Shown: positions 1-8,618, numbered from the stretch's first letter. The stretch: 64,000 nucleotides of DNA from Planctomycetota bacterium (GCA_019186845.1 JABARW010000019.1:1790-65789); one strand, 5' to 3'. Notes: generated by a model from the sequence alone, not told the origin. Translations and numbers: made by a program.

Positions 1-3000
1 TAAGGCGCCCCTTTCTTTGAAGAGGGTTGAGATGGGATCTCTTGGCGATTCCTCTTCAGGAATACTCATGTCGTCTCTGGCGTCCGTGTGCGCCACATGT
101 TTGATGCGGACATAAGGGCCACTGGGCTTGTTCTCCGCGCTGAAGCCGCGGACAACGCGAATTGACCCGTCAGCCAAGTGCAACGCATCGCGCTTCATGA
201 GTGCAAAGCGAAACTTGATGGCGCCATTGGCGAACGCGTCCTTTCTGATGATCGGCTTGCCCAGTCGCTTTCTGGTTGCCACGTCGAAGAAGCTTGCGGG
301 GCGGTCTGCGAGCCAGTTTTCATCTGAATCCTGATAAATGCCAACGTGGTGGTTGTCGCCGGGCTGAGCGAGGCGTGCGCGTTCTCCCGTGCCAATCTCA
401 ATCACAGACACGGGCCGTTTGCCAATGAGAACGCGCCCGGCGCCATCGCGAATGGGTTGGAAGCCGGCCTTCGGACGGAATGTCTCATCGTGAAGCGGGC
501 CAGTCGTCTTGCGTTCAACTGCGTGCGAAACGACGACGCCTTTGAAACCGTGGCCGAACTGATCCTTGACGTGGATGAACTCGTAGAGGTCGCGGTAGAA
601 CGTGGGCCATTGGGGCAGAACTTCGGCCTGAACGCGGCCCCACGAATAGCGCTGCTTCTCTTGATCCTGTCGCCGAGACTGGCGGAATGCCTCCTGAAGC
701 CGGCCGACCAGCTTGTTCGGGTCCGTGATTGCAACAATCGCGGCATCCACCGCGTGGTGGCGGTGATCTTTGCGTTCCTTCTTGCGGCGCTCGCCCGAGA
801 GCGGGTTGCGTCCATCACCGGGCTCACGGCTGCCACCATCGCGCAAGACGTGATTGACACTGATCCAGCCGTCAATGACCTTACCCTTGTCGGGTTCGGC
901 ATGTTTGATTTGGCATTGTGAACAAGGTTCACCAAGTTCGTCACGCAGGAGTGCCGTGATGGAACCGTTGCTCACCTGCAAGACGTGTCTGACACGCCCT
1001 GTGGGAATCTCGTGGGGCTTGTCCGGCGACGAGCCGTACAGCGTTGCCAGATAACCGAGCGCAACCTTCGTGATGTAGCCCGTTTGGGTCAAGTCGGCGT
1101 TTGTGAAGCGCTTCTTGTGTTCTTCCAGCGCGGCGTCGTCCATGAGGAACAGGCGCAGCTTGGGATGGCCGCGCTCATGGCGCTCGCCTTCCTTGGCTTG
1201 GGCGGCTTTGGGCAGTGTTTTGCGGCGCTTGCCGGTAGCCGAATTTTCTGGTTTGGGTTCAGGCGGGCGCTCGCTCGGCGTCCAGCGTTCCTCCTTCGTT
1301 GAATCGAAGTACTTCTCCGTCGAGCGGAACACGGCAACGTGATTAAGGATGTCGTGCCAGTTGCGCTTGAAATCATGCCGCGCCTGAAAAGGCGTGCGGC
1401 CGCCTTTGAGAATGTTGCAGGCCTTGTGCGCCAGCGTCAGGTTGGCGAAGGAGTTGTCGGGCAGGATGGAAGTCGGGATGATGTGCTCAATCTCGAGCGA
1501 ATGAATGTCTTGCGCTTCATAGCCCAGGCCGCAATAGGGGCAGTGCCACCCTGCTTCCTGGGCGAGTTGGACTTTGCGTTTCAACTCGCTGGATGTCGTT
1601 TCGGGGTCAAGACCCAGCAGCTTTGCTGCGTTTTCGTTGGCCTTTCTGTTCATGTCCTGGCGCAGCTGAATGGCTTCGCGGCCTTCACGGTTGGTCTGCA
1701 TTTCGCGGGTCATCTCGACGCGAATCAGATGGGGCGGTGTGCCGCCGAGCTTGACCTTGATGAGTTCGTTGACCACCAGCCGTAGCTGTGAGAGCGTGCG
1801 CTTGACGACGGGATTGTTGAGCGTTGGAAACACTTCAACAAGCGGTTTCAGCTGCGGCGTCGTGCCGGGGCCCATAGCGACTTTCCTGGCCACGTAGAGC
1901 ATGTCGCGCGCGGTGCCTTCGGTGTGGCCGCGCTCCATGCCCCATGTGGGATGATTCAGCAGGTGCTTGAGTGCGGCGGTTGAATAGCGCGCATAACCTT
2001 GGGGCAGTTTCAAGTCGCCAAACGCCTTGGCGGGGCCTTCGAAACTGACCTTGCCAAAGCGCTCCTGAGCGAGCTGCATGGCGGACTTGCCGGGGTTGGA
2101 CGGATTTTCGCGGCGCCTTTTTACGGCGTCAGCCCGGAGCTTGGCGCACTCCTCCACAATCTGGCTTGGCAACAGACCGCCGGGATTGGCGACAGTCATG
2201 CCATCGAGCTTCCAGCGTACAGCGCCGATGAATGCCAAAGCTTCGGGATCCTGACAGGCGTACCAGTCCCAGAACACTTCCTCGGCTTCCGTCATGCCAC
2301 TGGGCGCTTTGGTCTGGCACATGCGCTGCCAGCGCTCGGCACCGAAGATCTCACTGAACTTTGCGGCAGTCACGTCGCCGATGAAGTGCTTGTGGGCAGG
2401 CGTAAAACTGCCTTTCTCCTTCTTCTGGTTGCCGCCTTTGGTCGCTTTGTTCCCGGTCTGAAGTTCCCAGTTGAATGCCGTGTCGGCATTGAGTGACAGT
2501 TCTTCGCGCGCTTGCTGCCAGCGGAGCGACTCTTGGCCGGACAGCAGCGCAACGAGCTTTGCCCTCAAGGATTCCGGCAACAAGCCGGTTTCGAGCGATG
2601 GGTCGAGCTGAACGGGCGTATAGTCTTGTTCGGCTGACCTACGACGAAAGACGCGAGTTTCGTTAACCATCTTCAGCATCTTGAATCGTGTGGCAAAGGG
2701 GTGGCCCGCCGGTGCCCGCTTGCGGTCGTATTGAAGCGGCCTAGAGCGGCTGATCTCATTCTTGCCGCCATCGCATTCGCGGCGGTGTTTGGTGTGGTTT
2801 TCAAGTTCGCAGGCGCCAATGAGGTGTGAGGCGTTTTTCAGTTTGCGCTGGTGGAAAATGGCCTTGAACACGGCCTCGCGCAGCGGAACCGTTTTGCCCG
2901 GCCGCCCCGGGTATTTCACGACAGGGCGGCCATTGCGCTCAATGACCTTTTCGCTGCGAGGTGGCACGTCCACGGTGGAGTTCAGGATGGCCAGCATGGC

Positions 3001-3978
3001 CGCATTGCCGGCGTGGTGCTTGAGCTGACTTTCCCACATGAGATTGAACTCGGCTTTCAACATCTCGCGGGTCGTGCAGCGGTTGTAAACCTTGGCGCGG
3101 TTGCGCACGCGAAGCTGGTATTCCTCTGGTTTGCAGCCTGCCTTGTCGATGTCCAGGGCCGTTGAGTCGTTTGTCAGGAGGGCCGAGTAAAACTCGCCCA
3201 ACGTGGCGGGGCGCTCAAGCTTGCGAGCTTCGCCGAACTTATTGAGCTTGACCTGCTGTTCAGCAACGGCCGCTTTGACCTTGCCGCTCTCGGACTTTGA
3301 GTCGTCGTCCTTTTTGGAGGCTCGTTTGGACTTCTTCTCCTCTGGCTTGTTCTCCTCAGCTTTGGGACTGTCATCGGCGCGGTTCCACCACACGCCGCGG
3401 CGTTGCGCCAGCGAGTAAAGCGCACGGCCTAACTCATGGGGTTCGAGCGCACAATGGATGGCACGGTCGCGAAGGAAGTAGGGCAAGAAGCGCTCGACGG
3501 GCAAATCGTCGCGCCGATACTTGCCGACGAGGCAGTTCGGGTCGGCCGCGGCCGGGCGACGGCCAGTGTCGGGATCTTTTGCGCCCAACTCCAACGTTTG
3601 AAGAGCCTCGTGTCGCGCGCGTTTGGTTTCATCCACCAAGCGCTGGCGATTGGCGGCCGAACCCTCGCCGCTGGGTGTGCGCGGGTGCGAGAGATGCTCG
3701 GGCAAGACGGGTAGCAGCCCAACTTTGGCCAGCAGGTTGTAAACGCGATTCAGGCGACGTGCGCGGCGTTCAAGATTGCGGCGGGCAAGGCGCTTCTGGC
3801 GCCGAGCCGAGGCGTGGCTCTCTTCTTTATCCCCTTGACCCTTGTTGGAAACGCCTTCCTCAAAAACCCTCACGCCGAGACCAATAAGTTCCTTTGACTC
3901 ACCATCCTCACGTCGGACCAATGCCCAGCCCACCGACGCGATACCCAAATCCAACCCGAGGACGATTTCTGATGCCAT
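1..3978 (-). CDS. cas9: Cas9 (type II CRISPR effector nuclease); C-terminus lies beyond the left window edge
   Basis: Absent from the ORF track because the frame runs off the edge. My translation from the ATG at 3978..3976 (GGAGAA 5 nt upstream) stays open to position 1 (1326 codons). Motifs read: RuvC-I MASEIVLGLDLGIASVGWALV; Arg-rich bridge helix ARRQKRLARRNLERRARRLNRV; RuvC-II LIRVEMTRE (about codon 755); HNH WHCPYCG..EIEHIIPTSILPDNSFANLTLAHKACNILKGGRTPF (His about codon 832); RuvC-III RKDHRHHAVDAAIVAI (about codon 1075). Confidence 0.9.
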   Translation of the reverse strand, partial: MASEIVLGLDLGIASVGWALVRREDGESKELIGLGVRVFEEGVSNKGQGDKEESHASARRQKRLARRNLERRARRLNRVYNLLAKVGLLPVLPEHLSHPRTPSGEGSAANRQRLVDETKRARHEALQTLELGAKDPDTGRRPAAADPNCLVGKYRRDDLPVERFLPYFLRDRAIHCALEPHELGRALYSLAQRRGVWWNRADDSPKAEENKPEEKKSKRASKKDDDSKSESGKVKAAVAEQQVKLNKFGEARKLERPATLGEFYSALLTNDSTALDIDKAGCKPEEYQLRVRNRAKVYNRCTTREMLKAEFNLMWESQLKHHAGNAAMLAILNSTVDVPPRSEKVIERNGRPVVKYPGRPGKTVPLREAVFKAIFHQRKLKNASHLIGACELENHTKHRRECDGGKNEISRSRPLQYDRKRAPAGHPFATRFKMLKMVNETRVFRRRSAEQDYTPVQLDPSLETGLLPESLRAKLVALLSGQESLRWQQAREELSLNADTAFNWELQTGNKATKGGNQKKEKGSFTPAHKHFIGDVTAAKFSEIFGAERWQRMCQTKAPSGMTEAEEVFWDWYACQDPEALAFIGAVRWKLDGMTVANPGGLLPSQIVEECAKLRADAVKRRRENPSNPGKSAMQLAQERFGKVSFEGPAKAFGDLKLPQGYARYSTAALKHLLNHPTWGMERGHTEGTARDMLYVARKVAMGPGTTPQLKPLVEVFPTLNNPVVKRTLSQLRLVVNELIKVKLGGTPPHLIRVEMTREMQTNREGREAIQLRQDMNRKANENAAKLLGLDPETTSSELKRKVQLAQEAGWHCPYCGLGYEAQDIHSLEIEHIIPTSILPDNSFANLTLAHKACNILKGGRTPFQARHDFKRNWHDILNHVAVFRSTEKYFDSTKEERWTPSERPPEPKPENSATGKRRKTLPKAAQAKEGERHERGHPKLRLFLMDDAALEEHKKRFTNADLTQTGYITKVALGYLATLYGSSPDKPHEIPTGRVRHVLQVSNGSITALLRDELGEPCSQCQIKHAEPDKGKVIDGWISVNHVLRDGGSREPGDGRNPLSGERRKKERKDHRHHAVDAAIVAITDPNKLVGRLQEAFRQSRRQDQEKQRYSWGRVQAEVLPQWPTFYRDLYEFIHVKDQFGHGFKGVVVSHAVERKTTGPLHDETFRPKAGFQPIRDGAGRVLIGKRPVSVIEIGTGERARLAQPGDNHHVGIYQDSDENWLADRPASFFDVATRKRLGKPIIRKDAFANGAIKFRFALMKRDALHLADGSIRVVRGFSAENKPSGPYVRIKHVAHTDARDDMSIPEEESPRDPISTLFKERGAL

Positions 3979-4012
3979 GTGCTTCTCCGTATTTTTCACA
4001 AGAGAATACAAC

Positions 4013-4040
4013 TTGACGCGACAACGGTATGAGATAAGTT
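4013..4040 (+). promoter_or_regulatory. sigma70-like promoter candidate, divergent from cas9
   Basis: TTGACG (4013-4018), 16-nt spacer, TAAGTT (4035-4040). No credible plus-strand CDS follows. Confidence 0.3.
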
Positions 4041-4046
4041 GTCCGC

Positions 4047-4175
4047 AGTGTACTTGAGCGTGGTTTCTCGGCTTCCTGACACAGTAAGCTGAATTCCATC
4101 GCACCTCATTTGAGGCTCGTCGGCCCTGCGCTGACGCACTGCAAACCGCCGCCTGTGCGGCGGTTTGCGCTTTTT
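4047..4175 (+). ncRNA. candidate tracrRNA (small RNA divergent from cas9); 5' end approximate
   Basis: About 130 nt between the promoter-like element and a strong plus-strand intrinsic terminator, with no ORF. It sits directly upstream of cas9. It contains GAGGCTCGTC (4112-4121), which resembles the AAGGCUAGUC nexus of known tracrRNAs, and small hairpins before the terminator. The anti-repeat cannot be verified because no CRISPR repeat is in the window. Confidence 0.4.
4141..4175 (+). terminator. Rho-independent terminator (plus strand)
   Basis: 12-bp perfect stem GCAAACCGCCGC / GCGGCGGTTTGC, loop CTGT, then GC-TTTTT. A T-run is present on the plus strand only. Confidence 0.7.
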
Positions 4176-4200
4176 CAGGTCATCGGGACGGGCTGGAAAT

Positions 4201-4230
4201 GAAAACGCACGGGCTTGCCCGTGCGTTTTC
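4201..4230 (-). terminator. hairpin terminator downstream of the bacilliredoxin-like gene (possibly bidirectional)
   Basis: 13-bp stem GAAAACGCACGGG / CCCGTGCGTTTTC, loop CTTG. U-rich on both strands. Lies 14 nt after the minus-strand stop at 4244. Confidence 0.6.
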
Positions 4231-4243
4231 TGTGGAACATCGC

Positions 4244-4684
4244 TCAAGAGCAATACTGCTCGAAGATCTGGCGGAACTCGTCGGCCACCATGTCGGCGCC
4301 GCGTCCTTCAATGTGGCTGCGGGGAACAAAGGCCACCACCTTGCCGTCCTTGAACAGCGCCGCGCTGGGGCTCGAGGGCGGAATATCCGGGAAGTAGCTG
4401 CGCACTTGCGCCGTGGCGTCCTTCTCCTGGCCGGCGAACACCGTGTACAGCTTCTGCGGCTTGGCCTTGGCGGCCTTCAGCGCCTCGCTCAAGCCCGGGC
4501 GCGCGCCACGCGCGGCACAGCCGCACACGCTGTTGATGAACACAAGGGCCGTGCCCTTCTGGTTCTTGAGCGCGGCATCGACGTCTGAGGGCGTCAGCAG
4601 TTCCCTGGCGCCGTGCATGGTGACTTCATCACGCATCTGGCGGATGGCAGCTTCAAGCTCGGCGGGCGTGGTGGGCATTCTCAT
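4244..4684 (-). CDS. bacilliredoxin-like thiol-disulfide oxidoreductase (BrxA/BrxB, YphP/YqiW, DUF1094 family)
   Basis: VFINSVCGCAARGARP with a CGC redox motif, and the overall pattern (TVFAGQEKDAT, PSSPSAALFKDGK, HIEGR) matches Bacillus BrxA/B as I recall them. Start chosen at MRMPTT with AGGAGA upstream. Confidence 0.8.
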   Translation of the reverse strand: MRMPTTPAELEAAIRQMRDEVTMHGARELLTPSDVDAALKNQKGTALVFINSVCGCAARGARPGLSEALKAAKAKPQKLYTVFAGQEKDATAQVRSYFPDIPPSSPSAALFKDGKVVAFVPRSHIEGRGADMVADEFRQIFEQYCS

Positions 4685-4782
4685 GGCGGGTCTCCTGGAT
4701 CGTGGGTGCATTCAAGCATGAACCAGGCTTCGATGGAAGTGGACGTATCTGGTCCACTTTGCGTGGAGCGCGGCGCCAAGGC

Positions 4783-5229
4783 TCAGGCCCTGGCTTTGGC
4801 GGAGCGTCGGGCAGCCTTTTCGCGCTGCTGTTCAAAGCGGGCGAACTCGCCCAGCGTCTTTTGCTGGATTTCGTCGAGATAGCGGTTGCGCACGCTCTTC
4901 CAGAAGTCGTGCAGGGGGCAGGCCCGGGCGTCGCTGCACACGGCCTGACCCAGGATGCACTCTTCTTTCTTCTTGAGGTCGTCAAAGGGCGCCACGATCT
5001 CGACAAGCTGGATTTCATCGGCGTTGCGCGTGAGGCGAAATCCGCCCAGGCGCCCCCGGGTGGACTCCAGCACCCGCTGCCTCACCAGCTGCTGGAGAAT
5101 CTTGGACAGGTAGTGCTGGGGGAGTTCGAGGTCTTTGGCGAGATCCTTGGCCAGGACGTACTCTTCACGGGGCAGGCGGGCGATGGCAATGGCCGCGCGG
5201 ATGGCGTATTCGCAGGTCTGGTTGAACAT
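4783..5229 (-). CDS. Rrf2 family transcriptional regulator
   Basis: N-terminal winged-HTH pattern MFNQTCEYAIRAAIAIARL..LAKDLELPQHYLSKILQQLV..ESTRGRLGGFRL, followed by a Cys-containing C-terminal half. Confidence 0.85.
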   Translation of the reverse strand: MFNQTCEYAIRAAIAIARLPREEYVLAKDLAKDLELPQHYLSKILQQLVRQRVLESTRGRLGGFRLTRNADEIQLVEIVAPFDDLKKKEECILGQAVCSDARACPLHDFWKSVRNRYLDEIQQKTLGEFARFEQQREKAARRSAKARA

Positions 5230-5487
5230 CGTGTGCCTTGGTGATTGGCCATAAAAGGATACGTAAAGCGGATTTTACCCAGTTTGTTTTAGACCTCAAC
5301 CACCCGCCTTGCCTTATCGCTTTCCGACCAACACGCCCCTGCGCAAACTGGCGGCATCGGCCAGGGCCGATGCCGCAACACGCGCGCCCCAAACAGCCCG
5401 ACACCCGAAAACGGCATGCATTTTCGGATTCGCTGCCGGGGGGCCACGCCGGGTCGTTGCTGTGGCAGGGAGGTCCTGCCTTGGGCA

Positions 5488-5835
5488 CTACTTGGGTTGG
5501 GCCTGGGGGGCGAGGCTGCCCTCGACGGGCAGGCCGGCCTCGCTCCATTCCGCGATGCCGCCGCGGTAATCATGAATGTTGGTGTAGCCAAGCTGTTCGA
5601 CCGCACGGGCCGCCTTCGTGGAAGCGTCTCACGAATAGCCCGATCAGTAGAAGACCAGCATGGCCGCCTTGTCCGCTGGAAGGCCCTTGCCCGCCTGAGC
5701 TTCCGGCACCGGCAGGCTGGTGCTGCCCTTGATGTGCAGCTTTTCGAATGAGACGCGGCTGCGGTTGTCGTAGAACCCGGCGACAGCGCCCTTGGCCAGC
5801 GCTTCGCGCAGTTTCTTGAGCTCGATGGTGTGCAT
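5488..5835 (-). CDS. single-domain rhodanese sulfurtransferase with two in-frame TGA codons (candidate selenoprotein, or pseudogene)
   Basis: ATG at 5835 with AGGAGA upstream. The frame reads MHTIELKKL..AAMLVFY-TGA-SGYS-TGA-DASTKAARAVEQLGYTNIHDYRGGIAEWSEAGLPVEG and ends at TAG 5490..5488. The TGAs are at 5646..5644 and 5631..5629. The first is at the catalytic Cys position of the rhodanese loop. Confidence 0.6.
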
Positions 5836-5954
5836 AGCAGTCTCCTGTTGCCCGGTGTGAGGGGCCGGGTTATCCCAGTCTAACGTCAGTTTGCGGCCCG
5901 GGCATTCCAAGTTTGGGGCGCGCGGCTAACCTGTGGCACCCGCAAGGAGATCCC

Positions 5955-6347
5955 ATGGCCAGCTCGTTTTACACGGTGGAGTCGAAGTTGTCGGCGGCGG
6001 ACGCCGCCAAGCGTCTGCAAGAGGCGGTGCTGAAGGAGAAGTATGGCGTGATCGACGTGCTGAACCTCAAGCAGATCATGGCCGGCAAGGGCGTGACCTA
6101 CGATGATGAAGCCATCGTGGTGTCGGTGTGTGAGCCCAACTACGCGCGCAAGTTCCTGACCCTCGAAAACACTGTGGCGTCGTGCCTGCCCTGCCGCATC
6201 TCCGTGACCTCGCGCAGGGGCAAGACCTACATCAGCCTGCCGCTGCCTTCGGCCATGTTTGGCCTGTTCAGCAACGGGGAGCTGGCCAAGGCCGGAGCGG
6301 AAACGGAAGCGGCGCTCAAGCGCATGGTGGACGCCGCGAAGGCGTAG
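5955..6347 (+). CDS. DUF302 domain protein
   Basis: Start MASSFY with AAGGAGA upstream. The IVVSVCEPNYARKFL..LPCRISV pattern is typical of DUF302. Confidence 0.8.
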   Translation: MASSFYTVESKLSAADAAKRLQEAVLKEKYGVIDVLNLKQIMAGKGVTYDDEAIVVSVCEPNYARKFLTLENTVASCLPCRISVTSRRGKTYISLPLPSAMFGLFSNGELAKAGAETEAALKRMVDAAKA

Positions 6348-6521
6348 AAGGCCCGTGACAAGCGGCTCCAAGGAGAGCCTTGATTTGGGCTGATGGGAGC
6401 CTATTTTCGTTTGCCGTCCGGAATAGTGGACTGGTATAGTCTAATTTAGTGAGCGAGAGTCGCGGCCAGCCGCGAGGGGCGCCGAAGCGAGAGCAGACGA
6501 CGCCGCAACCAGGAGAGGACC

Positions 6522-6752
6522 ATGGCAGACCCCAACGAAAAGTGGGAAGACAATGTTCCGGGCAAGTGGTACGTGGACAAGACCTGCATTTTCTGCGGCC
6601 TGTGCCCCCAGCTTGCTCCCAGCAACTTCAAGGAGTCGGACGACGGCACGCACGACTACGTCTACAAGCAGCCCGAGACGCCGGAGGAAGAGGCGCAGTG
6701 TGAAGACGCCATGGCGCAGTGCCCTGTGCAGAGCATTGGCAACAACGGCTGA
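6522..6752 (+). CDS. small ferredoxin (single 4Fe-4S cluster type)
   Basis: 76 aa. WYVDKTCIFCGLCPQLAP .. AQCPVQSI cysteine pattern. AGGAGAGG upstream of the ATG. Confidence 0.8.
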   Translation: MADPNEKWEDNVPGKWYVDKTCIFCGLCPQLAPSNFKESDDGTHDYVYKQPETPEEEAQCEDAMAQCPVQSIGNNG

Positions 6753-6850
6753 TTGGGTAACGCCGCCCATGGGGCGTCCAATGCGGACCCGCACAGGGTC
6801 CGCATTCCATTTCGCCACGGACGGCCGCACGCCAAAGCTGGAGTTCCGCC

Positions 6851-7483
6851 ATGCCTGAGCGCGACATCACGCCTTACATCATCGAGCAGCTCAAGGAGGG
6901 CCGGTTTGACTTCGCGGCCATCTTCGGCAACGACCACCCCGTCGAACTCGAAATCGGCATTGGCAAAGGGCGCTTCCTCATGAACGAGGCGGCCCGACGC
7001 CCTGACGTAAACTTCGTGGGCATCGAGTGGGCCAGCCGCTACTACCGCCTCGCCGCCGAGCGCGCCGCGGGCAAGCGCCTGTCCAACATCCGCTTTCTGC
7101 GCGACGACGCCGCCCACACCCTGCGCGAGAACCTGCCCGATGCCAGCCTCAGCGCCCTGCATATCTACTTTCCGGACCCCTGGCCCAAGTCGCGGCACAA
7201 CAAACGGCGCCTGATTCAGGGGCCCTTTGTGCTGCAGGCGGCCCGGGTGCTCAAGGACAGGGCCCGGGTCTTTTTGGGCACCGATCATGCTGATTACGCC
7301 GAACAGATGGAGCGGGAATTCTCTGACCACCGCGACTTTACGCTGGTCAGCCGCCTTTTCGGAGACGAGGCGCCCGAGGGCATCACCAACTGGGAGCAGA
7401 AGTTCCGCAAAGAGGGCCGCACCATCTTCAAGTTCGAATACCTGCGGCGCGCGCGGGACTTGGCCGCCCCGGCTAGCGCCTGA
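6851..7483 (+). CDS. trmB: tRNA (guanine-N7)-methyltransferase
   Basis: ELEIGIGKGRFL SAM-binding motif and YFPDPWPKSRHNKRRL signature. Confidence 0.9.
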   Translation: MPERDITPYIIEQLKEGRFDFAAIFGNDHPVELEIGIGKGRFLMNEAARRPDVNFVGIEWASRYYRLAAERAAGKRLSNIRFLRDDAAHTLRENLPDASLSALHIYFPDPWPKSRHNKRRLIQGPFVLQAARVLKDRARVFLGTDHADYAEQMEREFSDHRDFTLVSRLFGDEAPEGITNWEQKFRKEGRTIFKFEYLRRARDLAAPASA

Positions 7484-7539
7484 CGCGTTGATTTTGCCCG
7501 CCGTGGCGCTAACGTCTCTCAGCCTGCCCTGGAACTGAG

Positions 7540-7986
7540 ATGGCCATACTCGGCATCGGAACTGACATAGTTGAAGTCAAGCGCATCGAGAAACTCCTCG
7601 CCGCGAGCCGCGAGGAGTTTTTTTCACGCGTCTATGCCCCGTCCGAGGTTGCCTACTGCCTGGCCAAGGCGCGCCCGGCCATTCACCTGGCGGCGCGCTT
7701 TGCCGCCAAGGAGGCGTTCATGAAGGCTCTGGGCACGGGCTGGGCGCGGGGTGTCGGCTTTGGCCAGATTGTGGTGGCCAACGACGAGGACGGCCGGCCG
7801 GGCCTGGAGGTCACGGGAAAGGCGCGCGAGCTTCTCGACGCCATGGGACCGACGTGGCTGTGGCTGAGCATCAGCCACACCCGCGAGTTCGCCATGGCCA
7901 CGGCGGTGATCGAGTCAGGCGTGACACGCAAACGCGCGGCCACCATGCGCAGGTCGCGCAACACGCGGGTCACATCGGAGCGCTGA
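7540..7986 (+). CDS. acpS: holo-[acyl-carrier-protein] synthase
   Basis: MAILGIGTDIVEVKRIEKLL N-terminus and FAAKEAFMKALG motif. Confidence 0.9.
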   Translation: MAILGIGTDIVEVKRIEKLLAASREEFFSRVYAPSEVAYCLAKARPAIHLAARFAAKEAFMKALGTGWARGVGFGQIVVANDEDGRPGLEVTGKARELLDAMGPTWLWLSISHTREFAMATAVIESGVTRKRAATMRRSRNTRVTSER

Positions 7987-8618
7987 TGCCAACGGGAGCA
8001 GACATCCGCCGTTACGAGCCTGACCGCGACGAGTTCGGGGAGATGCAGCGCGCCTATCTGCGGCGGGCCCTCTTGTTCGGGGCGCCGGCGCTGGTTGTGC
8101 TGCTGTTTGTGTTTGTCACCTTTCTGGTGTGGGTTTTGACCTCGGCGCCGGGCTGGGTGTTCTTTCTGCTGGCGCTGCCGGCGGCCCTGGGTGCGATGTT
8201 CCAGCTTGTGCTGTTGTGGCTCGAACGTCCGGGCCAGACGCAGGACGCCGTGGCCGTGGAAGTCGGGCAGGGCCTGCTGCGCTTTGTCAACGACGAGACC
8301 GGCACGGTTGAGGAAGTGCGCTGGAAAGAGAGCCGCGGCGTGAGCGTGCAGCGGCGCTCTGATGCCGTGGAAATCGTGTTTCCCAGCGGCAGGCGCTCGC
8401 GAGTTCACTGGTTTGCCTACTCCGAGCGCGAGCAACTGCTCAAGGACCTGATGGCCCTCAAGGAAACACCCGCTTTGGAGTCCCGGCCTGAAGACACCAA
8501 GGCCCCGCCCAGGCCGGCTGAGACGGCCCAGACCAAGCCTGAAGACTCGACGGCCAAGAGCGGCAAATCAGCCAAGACCTCGACGAAGGCGCGCAAAAAA
8601 CCCGACGAAGAAGAATGA
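7986..8618 (+). CDS. hypothetical membrane protein with Lys/Pro/Glu-rich tail
   Basis: The ATG overlaps the acpS stop (TGATG). Two hydrophobic helices (LLFGAPALVVLLFVFVTFLVWVL, WVFFLLALPAALGAMFQLVLLWL). No family recognised. Confidence 0.6.
   Translation: MPTGADIRRYEPDRDEFGEMQRAYLRRALLFGAPALVVLLFVFVTFLVWVLTSAPGWVFFLLALPAALGAMFQLVLLWLERPGQTQDAVAVEVGQGLLRFVNDETGTVEEVRWKESRGVSVQRRSDAVEIVFPSGRRSRVHWFAYSEREQLLKDLMALKETPALESRPEDTKAPPRPAETAQTKPEDSTAKSGKSAKTSTKARKKPDEEE

Noticed and set aside
346-3887. Multiple 60-200-aa ORFs on both strands within the first 4 kb (for example 346..921, 1999..2496, 3297..3887)
   Set aside because: All are out of frame with, or antisense to, the continuous Cas9 reading frame, which carries the real motifs.
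5629-5646. Genome-wide TGA reassignment (code 4/25) as an explanation for the in-frame TGAs in the rhodanese gene
   Set aside because: TGA terminates well-conserved genes at their expected ends in this window (acpS at 7984-7986, panD at 33218-33220). Genome-wide reassignment is therefore not supported.
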